Source: an uncultured Candidatus Saccharibacteria bacterium
GTDB lineage: Bacteria > Patescibacteriota > Minisyncoccia > Phycocordibacterales > SBAW01
Length of the DNA: 64,000 nucleotides
Assembly (NCBI GenBank): GCA_964482995.1
Contig: CAYZZC010000002.1
Coordinates: 1,074 to 65,073 of the forward strand
Reading direction: 5' to 3'
The position numbers and the translations under genes were made by a program. Positions within the stretch are counted from its first letter, which is position 1, and each line of letters begins with the position of its first letter. This document shows positions 18,044-27,466 of the stretch, in pieces. The notes beneath the pieces were generated by a model that was not told where the DNA came from, ran no database searches, and was given only the letters and a program-made list of their open reading frames with translations.

Positions 18044-19093
18044 ATGAAGCTTTTGATTTGCACTCAAGCCGTAGATCGAAACGACCCTACTCTCGGCTTT
18101 TTCCATAGGTGGATCGAGGAGTTCGCAAAACAGTGCGACCAGGTAACTGTTGTATGTCTCCAAAAAGGCGATTACGAACTCCCTCATAATGTCACTGTCT
18201 ACTCGCTTGGTAAAGAGCGTGGGCGGGTATCGCGTGCGAGGTACGCCATACGATTTTGGAGAATATTGTTGAGGTTGGGGAGGTCCTATGACGGGGTATT
18301 TGTACACATGAATCCTGAGTACATCATACTCGGTGGCTTGTGGTGGAAGTTTTTTAGAAAAAAGATTGGGTTATGGTATGTGCATAAAAGTGTCAATACA
18401 AAATTACGTATAGCAGTCTTGTTTAGTAATTACGTTTTTACTGCATCAAAAGAAAGTTTTAGACTTGTCTCACAAAAAGTAATGATTATGGGGCACGGTA
18501 TTGATATCACGCGCGCCAAGGCGCGCATTCCTCGTGCAAGCAATGTGCGCCTCATTACTTCCGGCCGTGTGACCGTAATCAAACATCTTGAAGTAATAGT
18601 GGGGGCATTTCTTTTACTCAAGCAAAAAGGCTTAGAAGTAACCTGCACAATTCTTGGCGCTCCTGTTACGGAGGATGATTTTAGATATCAGAAAACACTT
18701 TTTAAAATCCTCACAGATGCTAACGAGAAGCCCGAGACAGTGTTTGTCGGTGCCGTCCCGCACGACCAGGTGCCCGAGTTTCGTGCAACAGCAGATTATT
18801 TTCTCCATGCTAGCGATACTGGTTCGCTCGACAAGTCGGTCCTGGATGCTGTGATTAGTGGAGTTGTGCCGCTTTCTCCAAGTGAAGCATATGTAGAATT
18901 TTTTGGAGCATACAAGCCTGTGTTAGCGTACCCCAAGGGTGACAGCCAAGCTCTCGCCGATAAAATTATTGCTCTTGAAGCAATGACAGAGGAAAAGCGA
19001 GAAGAGATACGGAAAGCACTGTACGCACGTGTGACAGAAAAATATAGTTTGACTGCGCTTATACCCAGAATCCTCGCTGTATATAAGCGCTAG
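18044..19093 (+). CDS. Glycosyltransferase (GT-B, GT1/GT4-like)
   Basis: N-terminus VDRNDPTLGFFHRWIEEFAKQ; C-terminal DTGSLDKSVLDAVISGVVPL region. Confidence 0.6.
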   Translation: MKLLICTQAVDRNDPTLGFFHRWIEEFAKQCDQVTVVCLQKGDYELPHNVTVYSLGKERGRVSRARYAIRFWRILLRLGRSYDGVFVHMNPEYIILGGLWWKFFRKKIGLWYVHKSVNTKLRIAVLFSNYVFTASKESFRLVSQKVMIMGHGIDITRAKARIPRASNVRLITSGRVTVIKHLEVIVGAFLLLKQKGLEVTCTILGAPVTEDDFRYQKTLFKILTDANEKPETVFVGAVPHDQVPEFRATADYFLHASDTGSLDKSVLDAVISGVVPLSPSEAYVEFFGAYKPVLAYPKGDSQALADKIIALEAMTEEKREEIRKALYARVTEKYSLTALIPRILAVYKR

Positions 19094-19098
19094 TTGTT

Positions 19099-20130
19099 AT
19101 GCAAAAAAATTCTCAATCGAAATATATGTTTTTGTATGGAGGGGCTATTGGCGATACGCTTTTAGGTATCCATATTGGCCGCGTCCTTTCGGAAAATAGA
19201 CCGGGTATACAGCTGGTAATGCTCTCTACACGCAAGAGCACATTTGCTCGCGAGTTGACTCAAAACATACCGTTTGTTATGTACCGCGAACTTAACAGAA
19301 ACAACCCAATTTCCTGGATCCAATTATTAGGACTCATGTTTACAAGGTGGAACTCGGTAGTGTTTGATCCGTTTGCTTCGCCAGTATCAACGTGGTGGAA
19401 GATTATTTTATGGTGCACCTCCCGCTATCCCGGCGGTATACACATACGAGCTCAAATACATGAGCAAAAGGTGCCTTCATATTCGCGAGTATTTTTATAT
19501 GATTCGCGGAAAACCAATCTTTTTGATACACCTTCTTCAATACTTGAGCAGTGGGGTATACAAACAGAAAAGGTTCCTAACCCAAGTTTACCAATGCCCG
19601 CTTGCATCCCACCACACTCGAAGCCGTATATTGTTTTTCATTTTTTTGCAGGCTCAATCCGCCGCTCGGTCGCTCCATCTCATGCGCGAGAATTGCTTGT
19701 AGCCGCAAGGAGCCGTTTCCCACACCACACATTTATAGTCACTTGTGCACGAGGCGAGGAAGAGCTGGCTAAGCAGATTGGAGATATCACCAACAATGTA
19801 ATCATAAAGGTTGGGCTCTCTGCGCAAGAAATAGTGTGTCTCTTGTCCCATGCGAGTATGTGTGTAGGTGCCGCCTCTGGTATCACGCATATCGCCGCAC
19901 ATCTGCCAACCCCGTCTGTAGTGTTGTGCAACCTTTCTGATCCTTGCTGGTTACCTCTATATAACCTCCGAGTGGCTTTGCTTTTTGAGCGCGACCGATG
20001 CGGATGCAATGGGGACAAGACAGGGGAGTGTAGCGAAGTCACAGAGGAAGGAGTCTTTTATCGCTGTTTGTATGATATTAAAACTGAAACTGTTATAAAA
20101 GCTATGGAAGAAAAAATTGAACATTCTTAA
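19099..20130 (+). CDS. Glycosyltransferase family 9 (ADP-heptose:LPS heptosyltransferase-like)
   Basis: YGGAIGDTLLGIHIGRVL, FHFFAGSIRRS and VGAASGITHIAAHLPTPSVVL correspond to GT9 signatures. Confidence 0.7.
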   Translation: MQKNSQSKYMFLYGGAIGDTLLGIHIGRVLSENRPGIQLVMLSTRKSTFARELTQNIPFVMYRELNRNNPISWIQLLGLMFTRWNSVVFDPFASPVSTWWKIILWCTSRYPGGIHIRAQIHEQKVPSYSRVFLYDSRKTNLFDTPSSILEQWGIQTEKVPNPSLPMPACIPPHSKPYIVFHFFAGSIRRSVAPSHARELLVAARSRFPHHTFIVTCARGEEELAKQIGDITNNVIIKVGLSAQEIVCLLSHASMCVGAASGITHIAAHLPTPSVVLCNLSDPCWLPLYNLRVALLFERDRCGCNGDKTGECSEVTEEGVFYRCLYDIKTETVIKAMEEKIEHS

Positions 20131-20135
20131 TACAC

Positions 20136-21158
20136 ATGTCTAAACTCGCACTTTATATACCAGAACCACTCAAACGTTTATCGGCACCATGGTTTGCGCC
20201 AGTATCTGAAAAACATTTGTTTACCAAGGACCTTCCTCCCAATTTTTTTGAAACGTTGGTAGAAAAAGTCTCTGACCCTGCATCTGCACGGGCGATAGTC
20301 CTACCTAACAATTTTAAAACACTCGACGCAGAAGCAGCTTCCTATATCCGCACCTATGCTGACCTGGGAGAAAAGCTCAATATCCCCGTGTTTGTTTTTT
20401 CTCTCGGTGATTTTACTCATGATGTACGTTTTGACAGAAGGGTGTACGTATTTCGGTTTTCAACCTATCGTTCAGAGATAGGGTCCCATGATATTGTTAT
20501 GCCAACTTCCACCGAAGACCCGCCCGAGGAACTCCTACACACACGAACGAAGAAAACAAAGCCCACAGTATCCTTTTGCGGCATGGGCGGGTTTCCATCT
20601 ACAAAAGATTGGGTTAAGTACTACATAAAAAACTTTATCTGGGACATAAAAGCCCTTTTTAGGGAGAGCGCGAAGGCAAAAAAAATTGGTGTGTATTGGC
20701 GTCGCAAGATGATGCGGGTTTGCGAGAGATCTAATCTTGTAGAGACACATTTTATTGTGAGACGTACGTTTTCGGGCTTACGCAAAACTATAGAGGTTGA
20801 CCCAAAGCTAGCGCGGAAAGAATATCTCAACAGCATCGCAGAGGCCGATTTTGTATTGGCCCCTAAGGGGGACGGCAACTATTCAAACCGGTTTCTAAAA
20901 ACACTCGCATTCGGACGTATCCCAGTGTTAGTAGACACAGAGGTGGTGTTGCCACTTGAAAATGTGATCGATTACTCGAAAATAGTCGTGCGTGTGCCAA
21001 TGGATCGTGTGCACAACACACCGCGTTATATACGCGAGTTTTATGATGCGCTGAGCGAAGAGGAGTGGGCTTCGCGCCAGCGCCTGGCGCGGAATGTGTT
21101 TGAAGAGTATCTTAGACAGGACTCGTTTTTCCGATACTTTTTCAGCCACGCATTATAA
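20136..21158 (+). CDS. Exostosin-like (GT47-type) glycosyltransferase
   Basis: C-terminal ADFVLAPKGDGNYSNRFLKTLAFGRIPVLVD...IDYSKIVVRV resembles the exostosin-family pattern. Confidence 0.5.
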   Translation: MSKLALYIPEPLKRLSAPWFAPVSEKHLFTKDLPPNFFETLVEKVSDPASARAIVLPNNFKTLDAEAASYIRTYADLGEKLNIPVFVFSLGDFTHDVRFDRRVYVFRFSTYRSEIGSHDIVMPTSTEDPPEELLHTRTKKTKPTVSFCGMGGFPSTKDWVKYYIKNFIWDIKALFRESAKAKKIGVYWRRKMMRVCERSNLVETHFIVRRTFSGLRKTIEVDPKLARKEYLNSIAEADFVLAPKGDGNYSNRFLKTLAFGRIPVLVDTEVVLPLENVIDYSKIVVRVPMDRVHNTPRYIREFYDALSEEEWASRQRLARNVFEEYLRQDSFFRYFFSHAL

Positions 21159-21163
21159 TCCTC

Positions 21164-22588
21164 ATGCTCAAGTCTCTTACAACCACGGACCGCGCGCTCC
21201 TTATTATAGGATTCGCACTGGTGATATTCTTTTCTTCCTACAGATTATTTGCAAGCCCGGAAACCTGGATGGACGAAGGGCTCATTATTCAGACCGCAAA
21301 AGGTATCCTCGAGACAGGCAAAGCCTCATTGCCTGTAGCGCCTGGCGTGTATGAGCCGCTTGGGTATATCAGCACAGGATTCCCGGTTACCTTGCCGCTT
21401 GCGGGTGTGTTTGGAGTATTTGGTGTTTCAATCGAAGCGGCGCGTCTTATAATGCTCGCGTTTCTACTTTCTTTCTACGTTGTACTTTGGTTTTATACGC
21501 GCAGGACAATTGGCGGGGTTGCTGCATGGCTAGGATTTTTTCTTCTTGTTTTCTTTGGCCCTCTTTACGGTAATGGACGCAATGTGCTTGGTGAGATCCC
21601 CGGCCTTCTATTTATACTTTTAGCACTTTTGCCTCTCCTAGAGTCTGGAGTACTAACGCGCAACAAGGCTTTGTTAGTTGGGATAGGGGCTGGGCTTGCA
21701 GTTGCCACCAAACCAATATTCATTCTTTTTTTACCGGCACTCTTGCTAGCCCTTTTATTGCGGCATCAGGAACTTGAACTGAAAAAAGTTTTCTTCTTTG
21801 GTGTAGTCGGCGTCTTGGTGCCTCTCTTTGTGTGGGCATTATTTCAATTTGACCACGTGTCGATCTTGCGTGTGCTTGAAGTGTATGTCAACCCACACGA
21901 TCTTAATATACAGAATGCACTGGCGGCCAATGTTAAAAGGTTTTTTACTGAGCTGCAGCCGCTATATTTCCTCTTTGCACTAGGTATCTGGACTGTAAGT
22001 TACGCACTACGAAAACTGAGGCGGGAGTCTATACCGCTTGCCGAAGAAGCTCTACTCTTCTTCTCTATACTTGTATTTCTTGCTTATCTGCGTACTGCCG
22101 GCTACTATCGCTACTTTTTCCCTGCTCAAGTTTTTGCGTTGCTATATCTACCACAGTCTCTGTGGTATCTCGTAGGAAAGCGCAGCCAACTTTTCTCACG
22201 GGTGGTTATTGTCGGTCTGTGTGGACTCATCTTGTTTCAAGCTTACGAAACAGCGTTTCGCTCGTGGACTGCCACACATTATAATTCTACTCGCACAGAA
22301 GCACTACAGAAGTACTTTGCTTCTGTGCCCGCAGAAGAAGAAATTTTTGTATACCAAGCGCCAGAAGTTGTTCCTTTTTTGGATGGACGTCCAGTATATC
22401 AATATGTGGAGATCACCCCTTCGATCCGTGCTGGTAGCCAACAAGCACGCCTTGTCCAATCGGGAGGGGTACAGTGGGTGTTTACCCCGGAAGATTTTTT
22501 TATAGCTCACCGTGATACTCTGTTTGAGAGGTATACAATCATGGAAAAAATAGACAGCTACGTGGCGGCTGAGCTTAAGGCTCGTTAG
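21164..22588 (+). CDS. GT-C fold membrane glycosyltransferase (ArnT/PMT family, GT39/GT83-like), polytopic
   Basis: More than 10 predicted TM helices. N-terminal PETWMDEGLIIQTAKGILE loop resembles the DE/DD motif loop of ArnT/PMT enzymes. Confidence 0.6.
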   Translation: MLKSLTTTDRALLIIGFALVIFFSSYRLFASPETWMDEGLIIQTAKGILETGKASLPVAPGVYEPLGYISTGFPVTLPLAGVFGVFGVSIEAARLIMLAFLLSFYVVLWFYTRRTIGGVAAWLGFFLLVFFGPLYGNGRNVLGEIPGLLFILLALLPLLESGVLTRNKALLVGIGAGLAVATKPIFILFLPALLLALLLRHQELELKKVFFFGVVGVLVPLFVWALFQFDHVSILRVLEVYVNPHDLNIQNALAANVKRFFTELQPLYFLFALGIWTVSYALRKLRRESIPLAEEALLFFSILVFLAYLRTAGYYRYFFPAQVFALLYLPQSLWYLVGKRSQLFSRVVIVGLCGLILFQAYETAFRSWTATHYNSTRTEALQKYFASVPAEEEIFVYQAPEVVPFLDGRPVYQYVEITPSIRAGSQQARLVQSGGVQWVFTPEDFFIAHRDTLFERYTIMEKIDSYVAAELKAR

Positions 22589-22599
22589 GGTAAGATAAT

Positions 22600-23031
22600 A
22601 TGATCTCATTTTCAAATTATTGGTTTCTTTTGCGTTATGCCTTAGTGGGTATCTCTGGTGGGGTGCTGCAAACCGCGACGCTGTATGTTTGGGTGGAAAT
22701 TTTACATCTCCAGGCGTATTACCTTTCTGGTTCGGCGGTTGGTTTTTGTTTAGCTCTCATGCTTACATTTACGCTTCAAAAATATTGGACTTTTAAAGAT
22801 TATGAGCAGACATTATTTGAGAGACAATTCATTTGGTATACACTTTTTGCCCTCATAAACCTAGGCGCTAATATATTACTCTTACGTACAAGCAAGCTCG
22901 CACTTGAGGCCTTGGGGCTCGATTTCTTCCACGTCTGGTATCTTATGGCGCAAATAGGTATTATCGTAACTCTTGCGCTATTGAGTTTTGTAGCAAACTA
23001 TTTTATAACCTTTCGTAAAAGACATGCCTAA
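22600..23031 (+). CDS. GtrA-family membrane protein (polyprenyl-phosphate-sugar flippase-like)
   Basis: 143 aa with 4 TM helices and LRYALVGISGGVLQTATLYVWVE at the N-terminus. Confidence 0.7.
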   Translation: MISFSNYWFLLRYALVGISGGVLQTATLYVWVEILHLQAYYLSGSAVGFCLALMLTFTLQKYWTFKDYEQTLFERQFIWYTLFALINLGANILLLRTSKLALEALGLDFFHVWYLMAQIGIIVTLALLSFVANYFITFRKRHA

Positions 23032-23749
23032 GACCATTATACTCCTACCAACCTACAATGAGCGAGAAAATGTCTTGCGTATTATTCCTGAAATATTTCA
23101 GACCGACGCGAGGCTCGGGATATTAGTTATAGATGACAATTCTCCTGATGGTACCGCAGAAGTAATCCGCTCGTTGATGACACAATATCCTAACTTGAGA
23201 CTTCTTTCTCGCCCAGAGAAAGAAGGGCTTGGCGAGGCATACAAGGCGGGGATAGCACAAGTGCTCGCCGATTCCTCGATAGAGAGGATCATTACCATGG
23301 ATGCAGATGGTTCACATGCCGTAGAGTATTTACCTGCGCTTATTTCTGCGAGCGAGACATACGACATGGTCATAGGTTCTCGCTATGTGCTGGGTGGCGG
23401 AATAGAAAATTGGGAGAGATGGCGGTACGCGCTTTCTCAGGGTGGTAATTGGTACACGCGTACCATTATCGGACTACCTATTAAAGATATAACCGCAGGC
23501 TTTGTTTGTTACCGGACAGATATATTGCGAAGGGTAGATTTTTCTCGCGTGAAAGCTTCAGGATATGCTTTCCAAATGGAATTAAAGTTCTGTATCGCCT
23601 ATACACTTGGGGGCAGTGTTGCGGAAATCCCCATTGTATTCAGAGCACGTCGAGAGGGGGAGTCAAAAATCTCGCGGCATATAATTACTGAAGGGCTCAA
23701 AACACCATGGCGATTGTTTTATCGGAAATGGATCAACTATGAGCACTAA
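23024..23749 (+). CDS. GT2 polyprenyl-phosphate glycosyltransferase (DPM1/ArnC/GtrB-like)
   Basis: ILLPTYNERENV, VIDDNSPDGT and TMDADGSH motifs. ATGA overlap with gtrA. Confidence 0.8.
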   Translation: MPKTIILLPTYNERENVLRIIPEIFQTDARLGILVIDDNSPDGTAEVIRSLMTQYPNLRLLSRPEKEGLGEAYKAGIAQVLADSSIERIITMDADGSHAVEYLPALISASETYDMVIGSRYVLGGGIENWERWRYALSQGGNWYTRTIIGLPIKDITAGFVCYRTDILRRVDFSRVKASGYAFQMELKFCIAYTLGGSVAEIPIVFRARREGESKISRHIITEGLKTPWRLFYRKWINYEH

Positions 23750-24596
23750 CCCTTACTGTTTGCTGTGCGGCTCACCCTCACATTTTTTTGGAAATAAAAG
23801 CAGTTATACGCTTTATACTTGTGACAACTGTACTTTCACCTTTGTGCATCCCATACCGAATTCTAGAGATGTATATACAGAGGGTTATTTTACCGGGGCG
23901 TCAGCTCACTCCGGATACGCAAACTATGACGCTGACAAAGAGGCTATGGTGCCTACGTTTGAAAAATATCTCAAACGTATAGCGCTGCTCGTACCTGGCA
24001 AAAGAATGCTCGACGTAGGAGCTGCTACAGGTTTTTTCTTACAGATTGCGAAGCGTTTTGGTTTTAATGTCTACGGAGTCGAGATATCCTCCTATGCTTC
24101 CGGGCAAGCCACAAAGAAGGGGATACTTATGATAACTGGGACACTTAATGATGTGCCAAAGTCACCCTTGTTTGACGTGATAACAATTCTTGATGTTATA
24201 GAACATGTCGGCGACCCATATGCTGAGTGTCTGCGTGCTCACGCATTGCTTGAGAGGGGCGGGTTATTAGTGATCAACACCCCCGACATCGGGAGTCTCT
24301 ACGCACGGCTCATGGGGGAAAAATGGCATCTCATAATCCCACCAGAGCATCTTTTTTATTTTAATCGCAAAAACATGCGCATAATGCTTGAAAAAATAGG
24401 TTTTGAGGTAGTGTCTATCACAACGATAGGAAAACGCTTCACACCTCAACTTGTTTTTAAGACGCTGTATGTATGGCAAAAGTTATCTCTATGGAAATAC
24501 CTTTCTGATTTTTGTGAACGCACGCCGCTACGACATGTAGCGATCCCTATAAATTTATACGACAATATGTTTGTTATTGCGCGCAAGAAAAAATAA
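23739..24596 (+). CDS. Class I SAM-dependent methyltransferase with N-terminal Cys4 zinc ribbon
   Basis: CLLCGS...CDNC zinc ribbon, then MLDVGAATGFF motif I. Confidence 0.7.
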   Translation: MSTNPYCLLCGSPSHFFGNKSSYTLYTCDNCTFTFVHPIPNSRDVYTEGYFTGASAHSGYANYDADKEAMVPTFEKYLKRIALLVPGKRMLDVGAATGFFLQIAKRFGFNVYGVEISSYASGQATKKGILMITGTLNDVPKSPLFDVITILDVIEHVGDPYAECLRAHALLERGGLLVINTPDIGSLYARLMGEKWHLIIPPEHLFYFNRKNMRIMLEKIGFEVVSITTIGKRFTPQLVFKTLYVWQKLSLWKYLSDFCERTPLRHVAIPINLYDNMFVIARKKK

Positions 24597-24604
24597 ACAT
24601 CTAT

Positions 24605-25438
24605 ATGTCACTTACCAAAATAGCAATGTTCGTATACACAGTCATATTAAAGCCGTGGCCTTTGCGATGGATTACTAATAAAATGCTCCTTCTAGTAATC
24701 CCTAGTCGTGTCTCTCTGCCAGAGGGCGTAGTAAACCTACATCCAAAGGACCCAGTCATCTCAGGCGCTTTGGCTCTTGGTGTATACGAGACTTACCAGC
24801 TTGATTTGTTTCGCTCACTAATACGCAAGGGTATGACCGTGCTAGACATAGGTGCAAACGTAGGGCTCTATACAGTTATTGCTGCGCGGCTTGTGGGGGA
24901 GGAGGGAAGAATTATCTCTTTTGAGCCAGAAGCACAAAACTTTGGGATACTTAAAAAAAATATATCGGACAATAATTTCAAAAATGTACAACCAATTCAA
25001 GTGGCGGTGGCAGACACAGAGGGTGAACTCACTCTTTTTCTATCAAAAGGAAACAAGGGCAAACATTCTTTATTTAGACCTTCTGACACAGGGGGAGAAC
25101 AGGTAGTAAAAACTATTGTATTAGACAAGTGGTTGGAGAAACATACCATTGGCAAAGTGGATATCATAAAGATCGACATACAGGGAGCAGAACCTCTTGC
25201 TTTCTCCGGTATGCAAAAGACGCTCAGCACAAAACCGGTACTACTTATGGAGTACGATCCAAAATCGATACGCGAGAGTGGACATAACCCAATCGAAACC
25301 CTCGAGATGCTTCTTGGGTATGGATATGTGTTGTATAGCGTAGACGAAGGCAAAAAAAGCAAAAAGAAAATTAATGACATTCGGCTGTTCACTGATGCTC
25401 TGCGTAAAGAACAATATGCGAACCTGCTTTGCATCTAA
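24605..25438 (+). CDS. FkbM-family methyltransferase
   Basis: VLDIGANVGLYTVIAARLVGEEGRIISFEPEAQNFGILKKNI and EGELTLF motifs. Confidence 0.7.
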   Translation: MSLTKIAMFVYTVILKPWPLRWITNKMLLLVIPSRVSLPEGVVNLHPKDPVISGALALGVYETYQLDLFRSLIRKGMTVLDIGANVGLYTVIAARLVGEEGRIISFEPEAQNFGILKKNISDNNFKNVQPIQVAVADTEGELTLFLSKGNKGKHSLFRPSDTGGEQVVKTIVLDKWLEKHTIGKVDIIKIDIQGAEPLAFSGMQKTLSTKPVLLMEYDPKSIRESGHNPIETLEMLLGYGYVLYSVDEGKKSKKKINDIRLFTDALRKEQYANLLCI

Positions 25439-25441
25439 CTT

Positions 25442-26590
25442 ATGAAAAAACAAACACTCTACTATATTGCTAATGCGCGCATGCCAACCGAAAAGGCGCA
25501 CGGCATCCAGATCGCCAAAATGTGCGAGGCTTTTCTTGAAGCGGGCATCAATTTGGTGCTGGTGTTGCCACGCCGTGGCAAGCCAGAAAAATCTATAAAA
25601 GATTTTTACGGGCTGCGTAAAGATGTCCCGGTGGTGATGCTCTGGGGCGTAGACCGACACAATAAAGGGCCGTTCTGGTATTACCTGAGCTCGTATTCGT
25701 TCATCATTTCCTACTTTTTATATGTTCTTTTGTATGTGGATAAGAAACACTCGGTGATTTATACTGTTGACCTAGACCACTTTTCGTACAAAGCACTTTC
25801 ATATCTTAGCGTCCCGTTTTTCTCTGAGATGCATGGTGGGAAGCCGAACAATGCCCTCCACCGAAAGTTTTTCTCCAAAATTGCAGGGGTTATTCCTACC
25901 AACCACATTACCAAACAAGAGCTTCTGGAAAAATTTCATATCTCTGAGAAGAAATTTTTGGTTGAGCCAAATGGTGTCGATCTTTCAAACTTTGCGCAGC
26001 TTGAGGTGCAAAAAGCTCGAACACAGCTTGGCCTATCCATAGATAAAAAATTAGTTTTGTATGTTGGGCGTTTTTTTGAGTGGAAAGGCCTCGACATCCT
26101 CACTGAAGCAGCGCCGCTTTTGCCGGATACGATACAGCTTGGTATGGTGGGAGGCACCGTTGAAGAGTTTAAAAGGATTACTGGTAAGAGCCCTCACCCA
26201 TGCATGCACTTTTATGGGAGCCAGCCGTATGCACAGATACCGCTCTGGATTTCTGCGGCTGATGCACTGTTGGTGTTAGGCACCAAACAAGACGTGCAGT
26301 CGTACCACTACACCTCGCCGATGAAGGTGTTTGAGTATATGGCTATGAAGCGGCCAATTATCGCGAGCAAGACGCCAGCGCTTCAGGATATCTTGTCTGA
26401 TAAATCATGTTATTTTTATGAGCCGGACAATGCCAAAGACTTAGTGCGTGCAATGGAGCAAGCAGTCGAAGGCTCTTCAGAATATAAGCTTACCGAAGCG
26501 TATAACACCGTATTGAAATATACTTGGGGTATGCGCGCAGAGCGCATCCGCGCGTTTATGAATCGTTTGCTCAACGACAGAGCAGTATGA
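25442..26590 (+). CDS. Glycosyltransferase family 4
   Basis: GT-B layout, LVLYVGRFFEWKGLDIL, and YTSPMKVFEYMAMKRPIIASKTPALQDIL (EX7E-like). Confidence 0.75.
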   Translation: MKKQTLYYIANARMPTEKAHGIQIAKMCEAFLEAGINLVLVLPRRGKPEKSIKDFYGLRKDVPVVMLWGVDRHNKGPFWYYLSSYSFIISYFLYVLLYVDKKHSVIYTVDLDHFSYKALSYLSVPFFSEMHGGKPNNALHRKFFSKIAGVIPTNHITKQELLEKFHISEKKFLVEPNGVDLSNFAQLEVQKARTQLGLSIDKKLVLYVGRFFEWKGLDILTEAAPLLPDTIQLGMVGGTVEEFKRITGKSPHPCMHFYGSQPYAQIPLWISAADALLVLGTKQDVQSYHYTSPMKVFEYMAMKRPIIASKTPALQDILSDKSCYFYEPDNAKDLVRAMEQAVEGSSEYKLTEAYNTVLKYTWGMRAERIRAFMNRLLNDRAV

Positions 26591-27465
26591 CACAACCACC
26601 ACTAAAAGAGTTTCGTGCCAATATAACCTCGCGTCAGGGCGAGGATGGCATTATTGCTGAAATTTTTCGGCGTATCGGCACCAAAAACAAATGGTGCGTG
26701 GAGTTTGGTGCGCTCAACGGTGTGCACGACAGCAACGTATGGACGCTGATAAAAAACGAAGGCTGGTCTGGTGTGCTTATTGAGGCTGACCGGACCTACT
26801 TTGAAACGTTAGTCGAAAACTATAAGGATACTCCGCGCGCCATATGTTTAAATCTCTTTCTTTCTTTTGAGGGGGAGAACAGCCTTGACGCAGTGTTTGC
26901 CCGCACGCCGCTCCCCAAAGATGTTGACCTTGTTTCGATAGACATAGACGGCAACGATTATCATGTATGGGAGTCGCTCAAAGAATATCGGCCTCGAGTG
27001 GTGGTTATAGAGTTTAACCCTACTATCCCAAACGACATCGTGTTTGTACAACCGCGCGACATGGCTGTGCAACAAGGCTCCTCACTCCTCGCTCTCGTAG
27101 AGCTTGCAAAGAAAAAGGGCTACGAGCTTGTAGAGGTTACTGGTGCAAATGCTTTTTTTGTAGAAGCGTCGCTGATGTCAGAGCTCCAGCTAGACAACCT
27201 CTCGATAAGCGCGCTGCATCCGGAAGTTGAGTACTATACACGCGTATATCAGCTCTACGATGGCACGCTAAAGCTCGATGGCTATAAAGAGCTTTTATGG
27301 CACCGCAAACCAATTAGTGAAGAGGACATACAAGTTTTACCAGCGCATGAGCGGGTGTACCCTGCGGGCCTCAGCTCTGCGCCTGCAATACGGAACCTCA
27401 AATACTGGGTGCGAAAATCTCCTCTGTATCCGCTTATAAGACGCTTGCGGGGGCAAGATAAATAA
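26587..27465 (+). CDS. Putative FkbM-like SAM methyltransferase / hypothetical
   Basis: QGEDGIIAEIF...WCVEFGALNGVHDSN resembles the Methyltransf_21 N-terminus. ATGA overlap with the upstream GT4. Confidence 0.45.
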   Translation: MTQPPLKEFRANITSRQGEDGIIAEIFRRIGTKNKWCVEFGALNGVHDSNVWTLIKNEGWSGVLIEADRTYFETLVENYKDTPRAICLNLFLSFEGENSLDAVFARTPLPKDVDLVSIDIDGNDYHVWESLKEYRPRVVVIEFNPTIPNDIVFVQPRDMAVQQGSSLLALVELAKKKGYELVEVTGANAFFVEASLMSELQLDNLSISALHPEVEYYTRVYQLYDGTLKLDGYKELLWHRKPISEEDIQVLPAHERVYPAGLSSAPAIRNLKYWVRKSPLYPLIRRLRGQDK

Positions 27466-27466
27466 T

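Noticed and set aside
24997-25660. Minus-strand ORFs of 145 and 139 aa over the FkbM/GT4 junction
   Set aside because: Antisense to two well-supported, translationally coupled plus-strand genes.
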